From Raillietiella orientalis (Eukaryota), in contig JAYWIR010000004.1 in assembly GCA_036172245.1 (NCBI GenBank), forward strand, positions 1,736,001 to 1,800,000: a stretch of 64,000 bases of DNA, given 5' to 3'. The notes under the pieces were generated by a model. It ran no database searches. It had not been told where the DNA came from and saw only the letters and a list, made by a program, of their open reading frames with translations. Made by a program: the position numbers and the translations under genes. Positions 58,281 through 64,000 of the stretch are shown here, one piece after another (position 1 is the stretch's first letter; each line of letters opens with the position of its first letter).

Positions 58281-59416
58281 AGACCACACTCCTACCGCCT
58301 CCTCCTCGAAGTGTGCGACGGGAGTGGTCTCGGGGGCACGCTGCCTGGAGTGGTGTGCGCCAACGGTGAAAAATCCCCGTGTCGCTTCGTCTTCCCCGTT
58401 GCGGGGAAGCACTTGCGCGTGTCCGCACAAGCGTCCCGGTCCCACCGGTTAGGATAGCCTGGAGACGGGATGAAGCAACTTCCTTCTTTGGGCGGCAGCG
58501 GGGCACGTGTGACGAGATCGCGCGCATGCTCGGGAAGGAGAAAATGGCGTCCGCCGCTGCACCCACGGAATGGCGCTCGTGATCGGCGGATGACGTAGCG
58601 CGCAGAGAAACGCTGCCGCCTCCGCCGCCGCTGCTGCTGCTAGCGCAAGCGAAAGATTGAGATGGGAGAAAAATGCTCCTCCGAGAGCGGAGGTGTGGCG
58701 CGCGGTCGCCGACGTCATTTATCGCGTGGGGGGGAGGACGGGTTTTGGTAGCGACTGCATCCACGGACGGCGGTCGAGTTCAACTAGCGGGAAAACGGGC
58801 GAAACCTTTCCCACCTTCCTCTCGCAAGAAGGCCCAAGATTCCTTCAGAGACGACCGGGGGAGCGGCTCCGGATAGCTCTGTGCGGACCAGCGTCCATCT
58901 CCACGCGTCCTTCGCGTGCGCTTGAGAAGCGACTTTCCCCCCTCAGCGGCAGCTGACCCCACCCTCGTGTGAACTCCTCTCTCCTGCGCCCAGGTGGAAG
59001 GAAGCGGCGGTCACAACGCAGCCATCCAGAAGAGGCATCTGGGGGGGAGGAGGGAGAAACAAAGATGGCGTCCGGCTGTGCGGGTGGCTTCGATCTTCGG
59101 GAACTGAGGTAGATCGTGGGCGCATCCGAGTACGGATCGGCAATGGAGGAGAAGAAGAGTGATCCCGACAGCTCCTTTATCCCTCCCCCTCCGCTCGAGG
59201 AAAAACGTGGGCCGAGTCAGACACGCCGCGGTCCTTAGCGTGGGCCACCGGACAAGGCGAATCCAAGGGAGGCTGCTCAGCGGATGCGGGGCGCGAAGAC
59301 GTCACGACGCCACATCCGCCCTGCGCGCAGGAGCAGGATGCCTCTTCGTGATAAAATGTTAATGCCCGGTGCTTTCAGATGGTTCAGCAAAGATTAGCGC
59401 CCCGCATCACCGGAAC

Positions 59417-59453
<37 letters not shown>

Positions 59454-59463
59454 AACATATATA
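59417..59463. repeat. (TA)n microsatellite
   Basis: Read directly from the sequence, with two interruptions. Confidence 0.95.
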
Positions 59464-59546
59464 AAACGCGACGAACGTTTGCGGCAACGATCAGTCGTCA
59501 AGGAAAGCCGCACGCTGCAGGAAGGAGTGAGGGAGCTGAGCTCTTC

Positions 59547-59584
59547 TCGGTAACAGCTTCAAAATTCGGTAACAGCTTCGAAAC
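59547..59584. repeat. 19-bp tandem duplication
   Basis: tcggtaacagcttcaaaat / tcggtaacagcttcgaaac. Confidence 0.9.
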
Positions 59585-60899
59585 TCTCTCTCCCGGTGGC
59601 ACCTGAAAGCCAAGTCGGCTGTCGTGCTCTGCCTCGGAGAGCGCCCCCGTCGGAGGAGAGTTTCTCATTGCTGTTTCCCATCTCCAGCGGCATGCCTGAC
59701 CCAACCCTACCCACTTTCCTCGGCCTGAAGTTTTCAGCCCGTCGTGGGCCGAACGATGGCAGGCTGCGTTCTTATTTCTACGGATCAAGCAACAGTGGAA
59801 TGCTCGGATCTCATATCACCAGGACTACCCCCTCCCTTTAAAAAAAAAAAATGCATCGGAACTGCACAGCCCGATGTTTTTTTTCTCGTGTTATGATTGT
59901 ATTTCCTTTACCTTCCTCCCGTGACTTTTTTTTTTCTTTCAAAAAAAAAAAAAAGCCGTCTTTACATTTACTCTTCCTGAAATTCTCTCGCCTAATTTTT
60001 CCCCTGACCGCAAATCTGCCTTCAACATCTGGCAAGCCTGTTCCCACAGAAACATCCCGCTTTCAACAAGTCACTCACAGTTGCATTCCGATCGAGTGCA
60101 TCCTATCGCACAGCTTGGATGACAGCGGAAGTTTTATGAGTCGTGTTTTCCTCCCTATTTTTTTTTTTTTTTTTCTCCCGACATAGCCGTCATGCGTCCC
60201 GGAAACGCTTTCACGCCATTTCATTCGCAAAATAGGCCCTAGTTCGTAGTATTGCACGCTCTACACTTCATCCTTTTCCCATCTTGCCTTCTCACAGTCG
60301 CTCTTACGCCGTATGGCCCTTTATTTTTCTCTCCATTGAGACCCTGCCCCCAATCTGAATTTCTCTCCGCCTGACGCATTTTCTCTCACCCCACTTGGTT
60401 GATGACGGAACGCCATTCCTTTTATTTATAGCCATTAGCCGGGATGTGCCAACCCTGCCATCTACCAGTAGAAGCTTGAAACGAGTATCGAAATGGAGGA
60501 TTAGAAATCAAGTGCCTGAAAAGGGAAGGAAACTTTAAAAGAAAAAAAAAAATAAAGTGCGTGGAACTCATCCGTTTGGAAGAGATCACCCCGTTAGTGG
60601 CTGTTTACTTAAGAAATGAACACAGAAAGCGCAGGCAAAAAAATCTGAGAGGGTGATCATGCTGTAGCTTTAGTCCTCGAGCATTCCAGCTAGCTTTGCC
60701 GATCTGTGGCCGTCGTCGCATGGTGATGTTTCCCACAGAGTTTCTTGCTTTTGTTGCCCAGGGTTTGAGAAAAAGCTTCAGTGCCGTTGATTCTTGTATC
60801 TGCCTTCTGCTGCGTGTGTTCTCACGCGGCAGCATCCGAACCACTTCGATCAGTTTGCTTTCGATGTCTACTGGTGCCGCGGCCCGTAAAGCATCAGAC

Positions 60900-61560
60900 A
60901 CTTGCAAAATTGCTTTCGAGGAAATTTCTCTCGTAGGTTCGATCCGCATTCGGGCATCGCTTCCACGAGTATGCAGTCCAAGGAATCCCCTCCCCCTCCC
61001 CCCATTTCCTTCCTTCCCCAAATTTCCCCCGAATTTTGCCCTAATTACTCGGCGAAGAAGGGAAGCATCACGATGGATGCAGGGAAATCGGGCAACGATG
61101 CGCCGCACAAAAACGAAGGACCAAACGACAGGAGGAAGGTGGTGGCGAAAATGGCGCTTCACCGGGCATTGTGTGTGCACGGGATCTGCGCCACTGCTCT
61201 CGTAACTGGTTTCCAGGCGACCCGCTCTGCGCGTTGGCAGCAGCCTCCTTCCGAATGAACGCACTGTTTAACGGACTACGAATTTCGAAATTCTTTTTTT
61301 CCTTTTCTATTCGCGGAATTGCGATGCGACAAATTTCCCTTTGCCTGAGTATGCACGCTCCCGAGCAGTCATTAAAAACGCTGGCTGCGTGCACCGACAG
61401 CTCGCTTGGAAGTGCGAAACCCATTGACATGGAAATGAACATCATCTTAGGTATGCGGGAAAACATTCTCATGCTTCACCAGCTCCTCCTTTCCATCCAA
61501 CGTGTTATTCATAATTTCCGCTGGTGTGGTGCGAAGATGAATGAGAACCTGAAGATTGGG
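60900..61560 (-). mobile_element. Possible decayed RTE-like RT C-terminal fragment
   Basis: TLDGKE, ECFPAYL, AASVFND, VRSFG..RLE, GSDARM..KAIL. Weak call. Confidence 0.28.
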
Positions 61561-63299
61561 TCGTCGAACGTTCGCAGGGCTGCCGGTCGGTAACTCGCGA
61601 ATGGCGGAGCGATGCGCGCGCGGATCGGAAAAGCAAAAAGGTTCGATCCCCCACGCTTTTGCCGCTCTTCCAGCGGGGAGCGAAAAAAAAACAACAACAA
61701 AAAAAGGAAGCAGACCCCACCCCACCGCCACCACACGCGCGCGCGCGCGCGGATGCTGTCATCCGCACTTTGAAAAAGGTTCGGGCTTCGAGGAGTCCGG
61801 GAATGTAAAGCGCGCTGCTACGAAACAACGACCTCCAAACAAAACACCGCCAACGTACACAGGCTCCAGCGGAGGAAAGAAACACACGGACTGAGGCCAT
61901 CCTTGACCGCTGCACGGAACGAGTCGGCAGTTTCGAGGCGTGCCACTCTTCGCCGTTGCTTTCGGACGCTGGAAAGGAAAGCGCGTCGTCATCCATCAAC
62001 TCTCGTTAACGTTTTCGTTCCTCTTGACAACGGAAAGTTCGCACTCCGAATGAATGCAGTCGGGATACATGGCTCATTACGGCAGACGAGCGAGGGGTGT
62101 CGCTGTCAAAAACGAATCTGCTGAATTCTACCCCCCCCCCCTCCTCCTCCTCCTCTTCCTTCACCTCCTTCTCCTCCTCCCTTATACTTATTTTCCCTCT
62201 CCATCTCCTCTCCCTTCCCTTTTCCTCCCTCCCTCCCAAATCTCTTTCGAAAGAATGAGCGCTTTAACAGCGAGTCGGGTGAATTGCCCCAAACGGAGCA
62301 ATTTAGGTAGGTGGGTGGTGGACCGACCACGACCACGCACGCAACTGTCCTAGAAATGGTAGGCATTCGCGATGAGATGTGCCCTCCCTCCTTCTTGCCT
62401 CTCGAGATCGGCTGCCGAGGAGAGCCGAAGGAAGGAAGGCGAGAGCAAACGAGCCGAGCCGCGGAAGCGGACGAGACCACGGCTTAACGCGCACGCGCAC
62501 GCGAAAACATGAAAGGCGGCGCGGCAACTTCACAGGTCCTCCTCCCCGCTCCACGTCCCGAGGCGCGCGCGCAACGCAACTCTCGGGAGCCCCGCCTGAT
62601 GGTTCGTTTCGGGCCCGCTGCTGGCTCCCGGAGCAGGCCACGGGCGCTCCCCGGTGGCCCTCGTCCGTGGCTAGCCCGCACGACCGGCCCAACCCCTCCC
62701 CCCTCGTCCACTCCACGAGAAGTGGAGATCCCCGTCATCCCGGTAGCCGCCTCACTGCGCCACAGGGGACCGCCATTTTCATTGACATGACCTCTCGGAA
62801 TACTTGCACTCTGCTGTCAGCGAGACCCCTCCAGATGGCTCCCTCTCCAAAGATCCTGCGTTCCATTTTTATGAGCCCCGTTGTTTCTTGCAGGGAAGGA
62901 GGGCGGGGTGTGGGGAGAGAAAAATACCCTCGTTCGCGTTCCTCTTCCCTCTATGCATTCACGGCACGCCTCGCGAACCCTTCCGCCCGCCGAAAAACGC
63001 TCGCCCCGGCCGCCTGCTGGAAGTGCCGAGCGGGTTCGCGAGAGACGCTCCCGGAGCGTCCGAAAGCATCCTCTTCCCTCTCCGGGACTTGTGCTCGGTC
63101 AACGTTGCTCCCACCGGGAGCGTACCCGGCCCGGTTCGAGGCGGGCAAAAGGCCGGCGAACGGCCCGCTGCGGCGACGCCGCAGCCCAATCCTGAGCAAG
63201 CTGCCCGCGCGCTGCGGGAAAGCTACCGGGCTGTGTGCCCTCAGCTCCTGCCCAGGAGGAGTGACCTGTGTCTCCGGGATCGGACACGGGAGCCGACTC

Positions 63300-63950
63300 G
63301 GGAAAGGGGAAAAGGCTTGAATCTGGGCAGCGGTCTCCCTCGAACCTCCTCCGGGTACCACCCCGAGGCGCCGGAGCGGTCGAGCCTCCGCGAGGAGAGA
63401 CCTTCCTGCGTGACCGTGGGACGCGCGCACGGACTTCCCTTTGCCTTTCTTGGAATGGGAGCGGATCCGCAAGTCTTGGGGAAAACAGCCGCCCCCTGAT
63501 TCTCCCTAGCCAGGGAGGACAAGCTCTCGTGCGCGTGGGGGGGGGGGGGTATGTCCAAACACCGCGTGGAGTAGGAGGAGGAGTCACACGCACCCGAACC
63601 TCCGCTCCTCGGGCGCTCGGCTTTTCCTCCTCCTTTCCATAAACATCCTCCGCTGCTCAGTGAGATCACCGTAACAGGCCGAAGCATCTGTTGGGCAGCA
63701 GCCGCGCCTTCAAACGAGCAAATTGGCGAACAGGTAGCACGGTGGCCGCACCTGGGATTTCCTTGGCGCTCGATCGGCAGGAGGAACCTCTTCTGGAAGG
63801 TGAATCTCTGAACCTCGCCGGTCAGGGAAGCGAGCAGCGGGACCCGGTTCGCACCGGAAGGTGAATCCGACAGTAAACTCCCACTCCTTGGTTCTGTTTC
63901 CTGGAAGGTCGGACCAGGAGGATCGACTCCCATTGTCCCGGCCACTCATC
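63300..63950 (-). mobile_element. Possible decayed LINE RT fragment
   Basis: PTFQE, SPSGANRVP, LRPVTVIS (~YRPITLLS), AVFP, PRGG. Weak call. Confidence 0.3.
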
Positions 63951-64000
63951 GGGGGCATCCGGTTTCACCCGCTACCAGTGCCGCAACGGGAATGAATGTA

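Noticed and set aside
1..64000. CRISPR arrays, rRNA/tRNA genes, operons, retrons or other prokaryotic RT systems
   Set aside because: No repeat-spacer periodicity or structural RNA signature seen. The DNA is intron-containing animal sequence and the RT traces are of eukaryotic non-LTR type.

Overview
Eukaryotic (animal) genomic DNA, GC- and CpG-rich, with many homopolymer and microsatellite tracts. The AP-2 sequence looks protostome/arthropod-like, but the species cannot be assigned. One intact protein-coding gene is supported: a + strand AP-2 (TFAP2) transcription factor. Its 9 coding exons span 48206-57130, join in phase through GT-AG introns and give 1533 nt (510 aa). It has a candidate short alternative first exon, a candidate 24-nt microexon, a NAGNAG acceptor, two in-frame stop-free introns, and a 3'UTR island with two miR-8/miR-200 seed sites and a Pumilio element. 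The other ~55 kb has no credible genes; the many ORFs in the track are GC artefacts. By eye, much of it resolves into very decayed non-LTR retrotransposon (LINE) reverse-transcriptase fossils, about 15-20 in both orientations, with short AT-richer motif-dense islands between them that may be AP-2 enhancers. All fossil calls come from manual matching of degenerate, collinear RT motifs, their boundaries are approximate, and they need computational confirmation. No CRISPR array, rRNA, tRNA or prokaryotic system was seen, and I cannot support a claim of a wholly new biological system.
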